This document shows positions 50,216 to 63,602 of a stretch of DNA of 64,000 bases, one piece after another (position 1 is the stretch's first letter; every line of letters begins with the position of its first letter). The notes beneath the pieces were generated by a model, which was given only the letters and a program-made list of their open reading frames with translations, was not told the DNA's origin and ran no database searches. The position numbers and the translations under genes were made by a program. Origin of the DNA: Octopus sinensis (Eukaryota); the NCBI RefSeq assembly GCF_006345805.1, contig NC_043015.1, positions 41,602,001-41,666,000 of the forward strand. The letters are read 5' to 3'.

Positions 50216-51048
50216 GTCAAATTGTTTCAAGAAAACATTGAATTTGAATTTGGGGCTAGAAATAAAGCGGGAAAACATGAAATTCTACGAGCAGGCATGT
50301 GTCTTATGCAAAATCTTCCTAACACCAACCTCTCTCGGAGTGTTTGGCATTAAGAAGGGCATCCTGCGGTAGAAACTCTGCCAGATCAGACAGGAGCCTT
50401 GTGCAGCCATCTGGTACGCCAGTCCTCAGTCAAACCGTCAAATCCATGCCAGCATGGAAGGCAGACGTAAAACGACGACGACGACGATGATGATGATGAT
50501 GATGTGATGAGCCTGAATGACGCTGATAACCTGGAGTCAACTCTGAGATATATATTTGTATATATAAATTTGGGATGGTCATTATTATTGTTTGTTTTTT
50601 TTTCCTAATTAACACATGCTTTATATAATTGTTCTTCGCTCGTTTATTACTGTCGTTATTCTAATTGATGTCTGGAAATCTTTTATCACACAGTGCTACT
50701 AAGAACAATGACACAGACATGTGCACACATGCACACACACACACACACACGGAATCACAGACACATGCACATATGGGGACACACATCATAGAAGAGCAGA
50801 ATGGGATAAGCGGAGCATAAGCATACAAAAAGAGGGAAAGTGTCTGTGGAGAGATCACATATGTGTGACAAAAGATTTCCAAACAATGGAATGGGTGAGA
50901 ATAATAACAGTAAAAGACAAGTGAAGGACAAATACATAGTGTGTGTGTTTATTTGGCAAAAAAATCCCAAAAATCACCATCCTGAAATATAAAAATATCT
51001 GTTTCAACACATGGTTTCACCAGGAATCTTACAACACAAATTCATAAA

Positions 51049-51115
<67 letters not shown>

Positions 51116-51139
51116 ATATATATATATATACATATAGGT

Positions 51140-51550
51140 GCAGGAATGGCTGTGTGGTTTAGTAGCTTGCTTACCAACCACATGGTTCTGGGTTCAGTTC
51201 CGCTGTGTGACACCTTGGGCAAGTGTCTTCTACTATAGCCTTGGGCCAACCAATGCCTTGTGAGTGAATCTGGTAGACGGAAACTGAAAGAAGCTCATTG
51301 TGTGTGTGTATATATATATATCTATCCATGTATATATGTATATGCTTGTGTGTCTGTGTTTGTCCTCTCAACATCGCTTGACAACCGATGCAGGTGTGTT
51401 TACATCCCCATCACTTAGAGGTGGTTCAGCAAAAGAGACCGATAGAATAAGTACAAGGCTTACAAAGAATAAGTCGTGGGGTCGATTTGCTCAACTAAAG
51501 GTGGTGCTCCAGCATGACCACAGTCAAATGACTGAAACAAGTAAAAGAAT
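51140..51550 (+). mobile_element. SINE family A copy
   Basis: Full-length plus copy. Confidence 0.82.
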
Positions 51551-52029
51551 ATATATATTGTAAAGGGGACCAGTTTATGGGGTTACTCTGGGTTCCTTGC
51601 TCATAAATGGTTTAACCTTATGGTTTGTCTTCAGACCCCAAACACTGCTGGTCTAAGACCTCTTCAAAATATGGAGGGGGAAATGCCTCTCTATAAAAAT
51701 AAACACCAGGTGATTATCTCCCTTTGCCATTGGTCATTGAGCTTCGGCTGCACTGCCACCTTGTGGTCACCAAAGAACCACAAAGGTAAACTATTATCGC
51801 CCTTCTGCCATGGCTGTTGGCTTCTGGCTACAGTGTTGCCTTGCAGATTCCAAAATACCAGCGGGAATCTTCTAAAATGCAGGCATGGCCCAAAATACTC
51901 TGTCCTGGCATTCAGGATGCTTCCTGGTATGATTGAATCTTTTAGAATTCTCATGCGTTTGGCAATGCATAACTGGCAATGTGTTGTCCCATTGATATAT
52001 GTATATATATATATATATGTGTATATATA

Positions 52030-52420
52030 TATTTACTCTTTTACTTGTTTCAGTCATGTGACTGTGGTCATGCTGGAGCACCGCCTTTATTCTTTGTAAG
52101 CCTAGTACTTATTTTATCGGTCTCTTTTTTGCCAAACCGCTAAGTAACGGGGACGTAAACACACCAGCATCGGTTGTCAAGCGATGTTGGGGGAACAAAC
52201 AGAGACACACAAACACGCTGATACATACATATATATATATATACATATATGTATACATATATACGACGGGCTTCTTTCAGTTTCCATCTACCAAATCCAC
52301 TCACAAGGCTTTGGTCGGCCCGAGGCTATAGTAGAAGACACTTACCCAAGGTGCCATGCAGTGGGACTGAACCCGGAAGCTTGTGGTTGGTAAGCAAGCT
52401 ACTTAATACACAGCCACTCC
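52030..52420 (-). mobile_element. SINE family A copy
   Basis: Reverse copy with an internal deletion. Confidence 0.8.
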
Positions 52421-52445
52421 TATGTGTGTGTGTATATATATATAT

Positions 52446-52494
<49 letters not shown>

Positions 52495-52714
52495 GGTGAG
52501 CACATAAGTGCAAAACAAGGTGGAAAAAATAGTACTCGACTACCAAAGGTAGAGCAATATGCTTTTTATTAAAGCTGCAAAATTGCCACAGAACTGTTAC
52601 TCAGAGTTTTAAGTTCCCATTCGACAGACACACAACAGTACGATGAACAGGAACGTGAAACTCTGAGTGACAGTATTGCCTTGATAATTCTGCAACTTTA
52701 AAATAAAAGTATGA

Positions 52715-52746
<32 letters not shown>

Positions 52747-53866
52747 TATATGAGAACAATAAGGAAACCTGTTGTACTTGAAAGACGTGGACTGACTGAC
52801 CTGTAGATATGACGGACATTTGAAATTTCTAATGAAGTCACAAAACTAAAGATATGTAGCGTGTGTTCATAGAGGTGTACCAGAAATATTAAAAGTAGAT
52901 ATTTATGTGGGTGTGTGTATGCTGACTCATGTGTGCATATATATATATATATATATTATATTATATTATATCAAATTAGAGATAAAACCACTATTAGGCA
53001 AATCAAACAGTGAAAATCATAAGCCAATACATAGAAATAAAATTAATTAAAAAATATATAAAAAATATAAAATATAAAAATCCAATTAAAATATTTAAAT
53101 TAAAGTTAAAATTTAAATAAATTATTTAAATTAATAATTTAAACTTATAAATTAAAAATATATATATATTTTTATTATCATTTTATTTAATTATTTTTTT
53201 TTTTTTTATTTATTCATTTTTTAAAAATATTTTTATATTTATGTTGATGTATATACATACACTTATTCATATCATTATCATCATAAAAAGACCCCCTTAG
53301 GTCATGAATGACCATGGGATTGCACCTAGAAAGTTCCCCTCCGAGGCACAAGTCCAGGCAAGGTTGTTTATGGGAGACCACCAGCCGCTCATGCATATCA
53401 GCTCCCCTCTCCACACCACCAGTGTTATCCAAGGGAAAGGCAAAGGGGCCGATACAGATTGGCACCAGTGATGTCGCAACTCATTTCTACAGTTGAGTGA
53501 ACTGGAGCAATGTGAAAATAAAGTGTCTTGCTCAAGAACACAACACAGAGCCCGGTCCAGGAATTGAACTCACAACAACCTAATGATTGTAAGCTCAATG
53601 TTCTAACTGCTGAGCTATGTGCCTTTACACACACACACACATACACACAGACACACACACATACACACACATACAGATAAACACACACACATAGACACTA
53701 ACACACACAAATGTCAAGACGTGTCAAAAAACCAGGCTATGCTTTTGTCGTGGGCTGGAAACAAATGACACCATTACAATATTGGTGAGGTCATTGTTTG
53801 CAACAAATAATATACTTACACACACACACACACACACACAGATACATACATACATGGATGTATATA

Positions 53867-54236
53867 CAGGGTGTAGTGAGTAACCAGTTGTCTAAATTAC
53901 ACAGAATTGAAAATAACACTGACATCCCATTTTAACAGATATTATTTACCAAAATTACATAAAACTATCTTGAAATACTGAAATACTAAAGAGTAAATTT
54001 ATTCAATAAAATCGTCATTGGCTCCAACCATGGCCTCCAGACGACTTTGGAATCTCTTGCAACTCTTCTTGATGGTCTCCTTGTTTAAGTTGGTGAATGC
54101 TGCCATAATCTTTGCCTTCAGTTCATATTTGGTGTTACAAGGAGTTTTGTTGGTCTCTTACTCAACTGCGCCTCACACATAATAATCAAAGGGGTCGCAG
54201 TCTGGGGAGTTAGGTGAACAGATTTTAGGTGTGATG
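53867..54236 (-). mobile_element. Tc1/mariner transposase relic (maT/DD37D-like C-terminus) with 3' TIR
   Basis: Minus strand: SPNSPDCDPFDYYV*GAVE*ETNKTP.NTK.ELKAKI...RFQSRLEAMVGANDDFIE*; TA|CAGGGTG terminus at 53865. Confidence 0.8.
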
Positions 54237-54282
54237 TATGCATATATATGTGTGCATGTGTGCAAGTGTGTGTATGTATAGC

Positions 54283-54392
54283 TATCTCTCTCTCTATCTA
54301 TCTACCTATCTATCTGCCTCGCTATCTATCTATCTATCTATCTATCTACCTATCTATCTGCCTCTCTATCTATCTATCTATCTATCTCTCTC

Positions 54393-54475
<83 letters not shown>

Positions 54476-54675
54476 GCCTCTCTATCTATCTATCTATCTC
54501 TCTATCTATCTCTCTAGCTATCTATCTATCTATCTATCTGCCTCTCTATCTATCTATCTATCTCTCTATCTATCTCTCTAGCTATCTATCTATCTATCTA
54601 TCTGCCTCTCTATCTATCTATCTATCTATCTCTCTATCTATCTATCTTCTATCTATCTATCTATCTATCTATTTA
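54283..54675. repeat. (TATC)n array with tgcctctc interruptions
   Basis: Directly visible. Confidence 0.95.
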
Positions 54676-54679
54676 TCTG

Positions 54680-54726
<47 letters not shown>

Positions 54727-55970
54727 CACATATACATACATAAATTCATGTGTGTGTGTGTGTGCACACACGTGTGATTTTGGGTTCAGTCCCACTGTGT
54801 AACACCCTGGGCAAGTGTCTTCTATCATAGCCTTGGGCTGATCAAAGCCTTGTGAGTGGATTTGATAGATGGAAACTGAAAGAAGCCTACTGTATACATG
54901 TGTGTGCATGCGTGCATGTATGTATGAGTCTGTGTGTGTATCTATGTGTGCATGCATATGTGTGTACTCTTGTCTAGACATTATGAGGTGTTTGTAATCA
55001 AGCCTCATCATCATACGAGTGATGTTGTCATGGGAAAAATACTACCAGTTTACCTTGCTTGGAAACAGGTGAGGGTTAGAAACAGGAAGAGCATCCATCC
55101 ATAAATAAACCTGCCTCGACAAATTCCACCTGATCCAAGCAAGCATGGAAAAGTGGGCATGAAAAATACCGATTACAATAATGAATATGATGATGGTGAT
55201 AACGATGATGATTATGATGGTGATGATGACGATTATAAAGATTATGAAGATAATGATGATGGTGATAATGATGATGATGATGACTATGATAATGATGACA
55301 ATTATGAAGAAAATTATGACGATGATATTGATGATGATGATGATGAGGATGATGATGATGATGGTGATAACGATGATGATTATAATTATGATGATAATGA
55401 TTATGAAGATTATGATTATTAATGATGGTGATGATGATGATGATGGCTACGATAATTTATGTTGATTATGAAGACAATGATGATGGTGATGACGATGATG
55501 ATGATGATAATGCTGATGATGAATTTGACTACGACAACAATGCTGACTAACAAATTCTTCCTTCATTTCTGAAGACATTTCATTTGGCAGTTCTCTGGTT
55601 TTGCTGGCATTGCATGTCCTAGATATTTCCTCATTTCCTCAATTCTGATGCAATCTCAAGAACTGTCTACAGATTCCATTACAATGCCGACATCATCAAT
55701 TCCAGCCACCAAACCTATGACGATACATTAGTTCCGTCTTTACTAGCGAAGAGCCTTACTACCACCGTTTTACTAAAGGTGTACCACATGCCACACTGTT
55801 GCACGTGTAACTTAAGCAGTTTTAAGACCAGGGTTTAGGTTCCATAATGCTCTCATTTAGACGTAAATATACACACATACACACACTTACATATAGATGC
55901 TTACATAAATCTACACACACACACACATATACACATATGCACACATACACACACCTACACAGATATATAC

Positions 55971-56022
<52 letters not shown>

Positions 56023-56534
56023 GTATATATATATATACATATATATTTTTACACACATACTTGCACAGCGGCATATACATAAATCTACACACACACATAT
56101 ACACACATACACACACCTACACATATATTTATATATATAAATATACACACATATATTTATACACACATACTTGCACACAGACATATACATAAATCTACAC
56201 ATACACACACATATACATATATGCACACAAACACACACCTACACAGATATATAGATATACACACATATATGCACACACATGCTTGCACACAGGCAAATAC
56301 ATAAATATACATACATACAAATACACACACCGTTTTGAAGTCACGGCACCACCAAAAATGTAGGATGCAACATTGTTGCAATTTCTGCAGTTTTTCAAAG
56401 ATAAACATGTATGCGTGTGTGTGAATGCAATTATATATTTATGTGTATGTGTGTGTGTGTACATGCATGCGTATATGTGCGTAGGTGTGTGTATGTGTGC
56501 CTGTGTATGTATGAAAGTATGTGTATATGTGGTA

Positions 56535-56774
56535 TACTCTTTTACTCTCTTTTACTCATTTCAGTCATTTGACTGCGGCCATGCTGGAGCACCGCCTTTG
56601 GTCGAGCAAATCGACCCCGGGACTTATTCTTTTGTAAGCCCAGTACTTATCCTATCGGTCTCTTTTGCCGAACCGCTAAGTAACGGGGACATAAACACAC
56701 CAGCATCGGTTGTCAAGCAATGCTAGGGGGACAAACACAGACACACAAACACACACACGCATATATATATATAT

Positions 56775-56852
<78 letters not shown>

Positions 56853-57065
56853 TATACATGCACATACACATACATATATATATATATATATTCATATATA
56901 CGACGGGCTTCTTTCAGTTTCCGTCTACCAAATCCACTCACAAAGCTTTGGTCGGCCCGGGGCTATAGCAGAAGACACTTGCCCAAGGTGCCACGCAGTA
57001 GGACTGAACCCGGAACCATGTGGTTGGTAAACAAGCTACTTACCACACAGCCACTCCTGCGCCTG
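56535..57065 (-). mobile_element. SINE family A copy with an expanded internal (TA)n
   Basis: Full-length reverse copy. Confidence 0.85.
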
Positions 57066-58063
57066 GTATATGTGTGTATGAAAGTGTGTGTATATTTATG
57101 TATATGTTTGATTGTAGGTGTGTGCATATGTGAATATGTGTGTGTGTACGGGTAGATTTATGTAAACGTCTGAGTGTATGTGTGTACATGCGTGTATTTA
57201 TGAGTAGAAGTGTGTAGGTGTGTGTGTGTGTGTATGTGTGTGTTCCTTCTCAATTTAATTGAAAACATGTGAAGAAGAAATATTAACTGCCTTTAGGATG
57301 GGAGTGAAGAGTGTGTGTGTGTGTGTGTGAGCATGTGTGTGTGTATGTGAGCAAGTGTGTGCATGTGTGTATGTGAATGCATGTATGTGAGCAAGTGCAT
57401 GTGTGTGTGTATGTGAGCAAGTGCAGTGTATGTGAGCATGTGTGTGTGTATATGAGCAAGTGTGTGTGTGTGTATATGTGAACGTATGTATGTGTATATG
57501 AGCATGTGTGTGTGTATGAGCAAGTGTGTGTGTGTGTGTGTGTGCATGTGAACGTGTGTATGTGTATGTGAGCAAGTATGTGTATGTGTATGTTTACATG
57601 AACATGTGTGCATGTGAGCAAAAAGTGTGTGTGTGTGTGAGTGTGAGTGTGTCCATATAAAAGGTTTGTATGTATGTGTGTGTGTGTATTTATATATGAA
57701 CATGCGTGTGTATGTGAGTGTGTATGTGTGTGTGTGTGTGTGTGCGTACACGCTGGGATGAAAAGTAGGTCGATTCTACATTTCTTATTCAAGAATTATA
57801 CAGATTCTATGACACTGACACTTGCAACGCAATACCCCCAACCACCACCACCACCACCACCACCACCATCCCAGACACACAATGTACCCCCTCCAACCAA
57901 ACACGTACGCACCCCACCCCACAAACACATCTGTGTTATTACATAATGCAAGCATTTTATTTTGGGTGTTATTAAGAAAAAACAGTTTCCTATAATTAAC
58001 AGATGAGCAATTATTTACGTTATTTACATTTGACGGATATTTGTCCTCATCTTGTTTGTTGTT

Positions 58064-58109
58064 AACACAACATTTCGGCTGATATACCCTCCAGCCTTCA
58101 TCAGGTGTC
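58064..58109 (-). ncRNA. Minimal type I hammerhead motif, unit 1 of a 162-bp dimer
   Basis: Minus strand: gacac-CTGATGA-a-ggc..gcc-GAAAT-GTT-gtgtt. Confidence 0.65.
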
Positions 58110-58225
58110 TTGGGGAAATTTTGAACCTGGGTTCTCATTCCTAAGGTATTTTTCAATGTTATTATTATCATATTATTTACATTATTTACATTTGATGGAT
58201 ATTTGTCCTCATCTTGTTTGTTGTT

Positions 58226-58271
58226 AACACAACATTTCGGCTGATACAGCCTCCAACCTTCATCAGGTGTC
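58226..58271 (-). ncRNA. Minimal type I hammerhead motif, unit 2 of a 162-bp dimer
   Basis: Minus strand: gacac-CTGATGA-a-ggt..gcc-GAAAT-GTT-gtgtt. Confidence 0.63.
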
Positions 58272-58660
58272 TTAGGGAAATTTCGAACCTGAGTTCTCAT
58301 TCCTAAGATATTTTTCGATGTTATTTTCATTATTATTATATACGAAGCCCAGTATACCCATCATGACTACCCGTCAGATAAGGGTACACCAGGCACATGC
58401 ATCACAACCATATGTGCGCGACATGGTGATCTCATATCAAGATAAACAGCACATGACCTTGCAGGTGGGGCCCCAGTTAGAATTTTTTTCTGTTCGAGTA
58501 GCCCATCCTGCTCAAAAGGTCCCTGAATAAGGATTGTTTAAGGATGTTGAACGAACCACCCATGTTTCCAGAGGTGAATTATATCAAACCCCAAAGAATC
58601 CCTCTCAACACATTGTGGTGTTGACAGCAGCAGTGATGATGAAGAGGATTATAGTGTACT

Positions 58661-59163
58661 CCATCAGGCATCAGGCATTTGCCATATCCTGAATGCCTTA
58701 CTTCCCTGGCCATGGACACATTGAAACTCCGACGTCTGGCAGCTGACTTCGCAGACACCCATAAAATTATTAACCATCGTACAAACAATAACTCTGAGCA
58801 CCTTTTCAAACTCCACCCGTCTAACACCCGTGGACATATTTACAAAGTCAGAAAACAGCACAGCTCCTTCCGTGACTTTAGGAAACATTTTTCACGCTGA
58901 GAGTTGCTGAAGCATGGAACAAACTGCCAGCATCAGTTGTTAGTTGTCGGAGCACTGCATCCTTCAAAACTTCCATGCTTCTGAGATTCGCCAACACTAC
59001 ACTTGATTTTCTCCCCTCCATACACACACAAGCATGTATCTGACCCATACACTGTTCGCTTTCCAGACATTTGTACATTACTGCATATGCTTTATACACA
59101 CTTTCTGACAAGTTGTGGTGCACCTGAGCACTGTATACAAGAATTTCATTATTATTATTATTA
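58661..59163 (+). mobile_element. Second 5'-truncated CR1-clade LINE of the same family
   Basis: LPYPECL..LKLRRLAAD..TRGHIYKVRKQHSS..RVAEAWNKLPASVV, then an (ATT)n tail. Confidence 0.88.
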
Positions 59164-59529
59164 TAATGACAATGATGGTGATGATGATAATGATGGTAGT
59201 GGTGGTGGTAGTGGAGATAATGATGATGATGATGATGATGAGGAGGAGGAGGAGGCTGGCAGTGGTGACAACAACAAGCAGTGCAATTTCAGCAACGAGG
59301 ACAACGACAACGAAAATAACAATGAACTTGGCGAAGATGATGATGATGATGATGGTGATGAGAATATTGATGATGGTGGTGGCGGTGGTGGTAACGCTTG
59401 ACAATGGTAATGATGACACAAATCTTGGAATGTGTGTTTAGGGAAGATAACAACAAAGAATATTATAGACTGAGTAAGCCAGTTGTCAGTCAAACCGACC
59501 AACCCATGACAGCATGGAAAGCAGATGCT

Positions 59530-59611
59530 GAATAAATAATGATGATGACGATGATGACGATGATGATGATGATGATGATGACGATGATGATGACGATGAT
59601 GACGATGATGA

Positions 59612-59663
<52 letters not shown>

Positions 59664-59998
59664 CGATGATGATGATGACGATGATGATGATGATGACGAT
59701 GATGATGACGATGATGATGATGATGACGATGACGATGACGATGATGATGACGATGATGATGATGATGATGATGATGATGACGATGATGATGATGATGATG
59801 ACGATGATGATGATGATGACGATGATGATGACGATGATGATGACGATGATGATGATGACGATGATGATGATGAGACGATGATGATGATGATGATGATGAT
59901 GATGACGATGATGATGACGATGATGATGATGATGATGATGATGACGATGATGATGATGATGATGACGATGATGATGACGATGATGATGATGATGATGT
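59530..59998. repeat. (GAT/GAC)n microsatellite
   Basis: Directly visible. Confidence 0.98.
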
Positions 59999-60919
59999 TT
60001 AGGTTGTCGGGAATTAAAAATCCCAATTTTTTTTTCTGCCATCCATTTTTTCTTTCTTTATCGAGTTGTTGTGTTGATTCTAGATAGAATAAAAACCCCG
60101 AGCAGGATGGGTAGGTCACCTATCGATCAATACAGCTGATCGAGAAAGGTCAGGTGTATTGATTACTTGGCATATGCCTACGTGCGTGTGTGTGTGTGTG
60201 TGGTGGAGACGGACGAGGGAGGAGGGGAAATAGATAAATGTCCATGTATGCATGTGTGTCTGTATGTGTGTGCCCATGTGTGTGCCCATGTGTGTGCCCA
60301 TGTGTGTATGTGTATATGCATGTATGTATGTGAATATGTGTATATGCAAATGTGTATATATGTGTGTATGAATGTATGTATGCATGTGCACATGTATGCG
60401 TGTATGAGCGTATGTGTGTATGTATACGCATATGTGTGAATGAATGTATGTATGTGTTTGTATGTGTGTATGTATGAATGTGTGTGTGGATGTATGTGTG
60501 TATGTGTGTGCAATGTACATGATAACACTTCCAATCAGTTAAGATCAGAAGCCATGAGAGCCACTGCCTGGTACTGCATCAGGGGGCATGGCCCCTGCCT
60601 GGTACTGCATCAGGGCATTTATTATTATTATTATATTATTATTATTATTATTATTTATGGGTTTTTCTTCTTCTTTCAAATTTGCTTCCATTTCTTGCCG
60701 AGTGTCTTCCTGACTGCTAGGGCAAAGAAACTCATAGTATACATTGGTAGGCCATTAAACTAAACTCACCAGTTCATTCATTTTTTTCTTTATTGATAAA
60801 AATAAAGTTAAATTAAAATACATGGGTAGTAATAGTTCTCACATCGACAATGCTCTTCTCAATACGTGTGATGTACCAGTTAAGACAATCTTTTGCCCTT
60901 CTTCTTCTTCTTATTATTG

Positions 60920-61185
60920 CTAAGGTGGTGAGCCGGCAGAATTGTTAGCATGCTGGGCAAAATGCTTAGCAGTATTTTGTTTGTCTTTATGTTCTGAGTT
61001 CAAAGTCTACCTAAGCCAACTACGTCATTCATCCTTTTGGGGGGAGGGGGGGGGGCGATGAAATGAGTACCAGTTATGTACTGGGGGTCAATGTAATTGA
61101 CTATACTCCTCCCTCAAGATTTCAGGCTTCATGCATATAATAGAAAGGACCACTACTACTGCTGCTGCTGCTGCTGCTGCTACTG

Positions 61186-61218
<33 letters not shown>

Positions 61219-61562
61219 AAGCGGTGAGCTGGCAGAATCGTTAGCACACTGGGTGAAATGCTTAGCAGTATTTCGTTTGCCGCTACATCCTGAGTTCAAA
61301 TTCTGCCGAGGTCAACTTTGCCTTTCATCCTTTCAGGGTTAATAAATTAAATACCAGTTACACACTGGTGTCGATGTAATCAACTAATCCTCTCCCCACA
61401 AATTGCAAGCCTAATGCTTGAAATTTATTAATTATTATTATTATTTTCTTTTTTTTTCTTCTTCTTTAAAATTTGCTTCCATTTCTTGCCGATTGTCTTC
61501 CCGACTCCTAGGGCAAAGAAACTCATAGTATACATTGGTAGGCCATTAAACTAAACTCACTA

Positions 61563-61615
<53 letters not shown>

Positions 61616-62050
61616 GGAAGCTGGTAAAAGCGTTGGTATGCCAGGCAAAATGCTTAGCACCATTTCGTCTGTCTTTATGTTCTGAGTTCAAATTCCGCCC
61701 GGGCCAACTATGCCTGTCATCCCTTCATGGTTGATAAAACAAGTACCAGTTGAGCACTGGGGTTGACTTAATCAGCTTACACCCTTTCCCAATACTGGCC
61801 TTATACCAAAATTTGGAATAATTATTATATTTGTAAATAAGGTGATGAACTGGAAAACTCATCGACACTCCTGGCAAAATACTTAGCGGCATTTTGTCCA
61901 TCCTTACATTCCGAGTTTAAATTCTGTCTGGGATGACTATGTCTGTCATCCCTTCAGGGTTCATAAAATAACTACCCGTTGAGCATTGGGAACGATGTAA
62001 TTTACTTAGCTGCTCCCCTGAAATTATTGGCCTTTCTTTAAAATTTACAA
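60920..62050 (+). mobile_element. Cluster of four older SINE family B copies separated by microsatellites
   Basis: Starts near 60920, 61218, 61620 and 61840. Confidence 0.7.
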
Positions 62051-62076
62051 CCAGTATTATATTATGTTGTAAGTAT

Positions 62077-62241
62077 GGCGTAGGAGCGGCTGTGTGGTAA
62101 GTAGCTTGCTTACGAACCACATGGTTCCGGGTTCAGTCCCACTGCGTGGAACCTTGGGCAAGTGTCTTCTACTATAGCCTCGGGCTGACCAAGGACTTGT
62201 GAGTGGATTTGGTAGACGGAAACTGAAAGAAGCCCGTCGTA

Positions 62242-62300
<59 letters not shown>

Positions 62301-62518
62301 ATATGTTTGTGTGTCTGTGTTTGTCCCCCCAACATCGCTTGACAACCGATGCTGGTGTGTTTACGTCCCCGTAACTTAGCGGCTCGGCAAAAGAGACCGA
62401 TAGAATAAGTACTAGGCTTACAAAGTATAAGTCCTGGGGTCAATTTGGTCGACTAAAGGCAGTGCTCCAGCATGGCCACAGCCAAATGACTGAAACAAAT
62501 AAAAGAGTAAAAGAGTAA
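62077..62518 (+). mobile_element. tRNA-derived SINE family A (CORE-like centre, internal TA/CA microsatellite), full-length copy
   Basis: A box (c/t)ggctgtgtgg, B box ggttcagtccc, CORE-like ccttgggcaagtgtc, tail gagtaaaagag. More than 15 copies or fragments in the window. Confidence 0.85.
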
Positions 62519-62522
62519 ATTT

Positions 62523-62825
62523 ATGAACATTAATCAGTATACCCTGAGGATGAAGAACTCAGAGCTGTACGAGAGCCTCCTAAAGGTTAGCTTGAACATA
62601 ATACAGAGGAGACTGAGGTTAGCTGGATAAGCTCACCGTCATTCAGAGTTGATATTGCTCTCAGTGCTCCTGTGGGAGCCCCTGCATGGACACACTAGAA
62701 GAGGGAGACCGAGGATGACACATGTTGATGCCCTAAGGACAGACACTAGGCTCTGGGAGACGCAGGACATGGCAGCGACGATGAGGGACTAAGACTGCTT
62801 GAGAGGACTCGTCCATGGATCCTGG
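62523..62825 (+). mobile_element. RTE-clade LINE ORF C-terminal fragment with two stops
   Basis: NSELYESL.KVS..IQRRLRLAG*AHRH..LLWEPLHG.TRRGRPRMTHVDALRTDT. Confidence 0.8.
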
Positions 62826-62954
62826 GAATTTTTTTACCTGCCTTAGAATATGAACGCATGTATGTTTATATTTACATCTATATTTATGCATGCATATATG
62901 TGTGTGTGTGTGTTTGTACGTATGTATGCATGTTTGCTTATATATATTTGTACG

Positions 62955-63250
62955 TCCTTTCGGGGTCATTTAAATAAGTACCAGTTACGTGCCGGGGTCG
63001 ATATAATCGACTTAATCCATTTGTCCTTGCTTGTCCTCTTTGTGTTTAGCCCCTTGTGGGTAGTAAAGAAATAGGTATTTCGTCTGCCGCTACATTCTGA
63101 GTTCAAACTCCGCCGAGGTCGACTTTGCCTTTCATCTTTCGGGGTCGATTAAATACGTACCAGTTACGCACTGGGGTCGATATAATCGACTTAATCTGTT
63201 TGTCCTTGTTTGTCCTCTCTGTGTTTAGCCCCTTGTGGGTAGTAAAGATA
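62955..63250 (+). mobile_element. SINE family B partial tandem dimer
   Basis: Two consecutive centre-plus-tail segments. Confidence 0.78.
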
Positions 63251-63602
63251 TAATATCATTATATATGCGTATGTGAGCATTTATATTAATTACGATGCAC
63301 AGATGGCTTTGACATTATGATATTTGCATCTAATCATGCATGCACACGTGTGCATATGTGTCGGTAGATTTAGTGCATCACAATATGGTGTCGCATGAAT
63401 GCAATTAACACTGGATGAGATGAGCCACCCATCATTAAGATGTGAAATGTGAGATCATCCCTACCCTGATGATGGAAGCTCGTCTCATCCAATGTTAATT
63501 GCATCCGTACAACACCATATTGTGTGTGTATACGTGTGTGTATGTATATGTGTGTGTATGTGCTCATGTGTATGTGTGTGAATAAGAGTATAAGTCTAAG
63601 TG

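Noticed and set aside
51580-51960. Complex non-repetitive stretch with 159-aa and 87-aa ORFs
   Set aside because: No recognisable domain or splice-consistent link to ATP11; probably an old repeat remnant.
52801-52845. Candidate 45-nt minus-strand exon (ttag|...CAG|gtcagt; FCDFIRNFKCPSYLQ)
   Set aside because: Splice sites are plausible, but the peptide does not match the expected ..VTAIKQ exon; unsupported without RNA data.
57785-58330. 181-aa ORF with an internal 54-aa duplication
   Set aside because: It is the reading frame through the 162-bp ribozyme dimer; there is no protein-like signal.
60020-60080. Minus-strand GWQKKKLGFLIP resembling an ATP11 N-terminus
   Set aside because: Weak similarity, no donor, and it runs into a (CAT)n tract.
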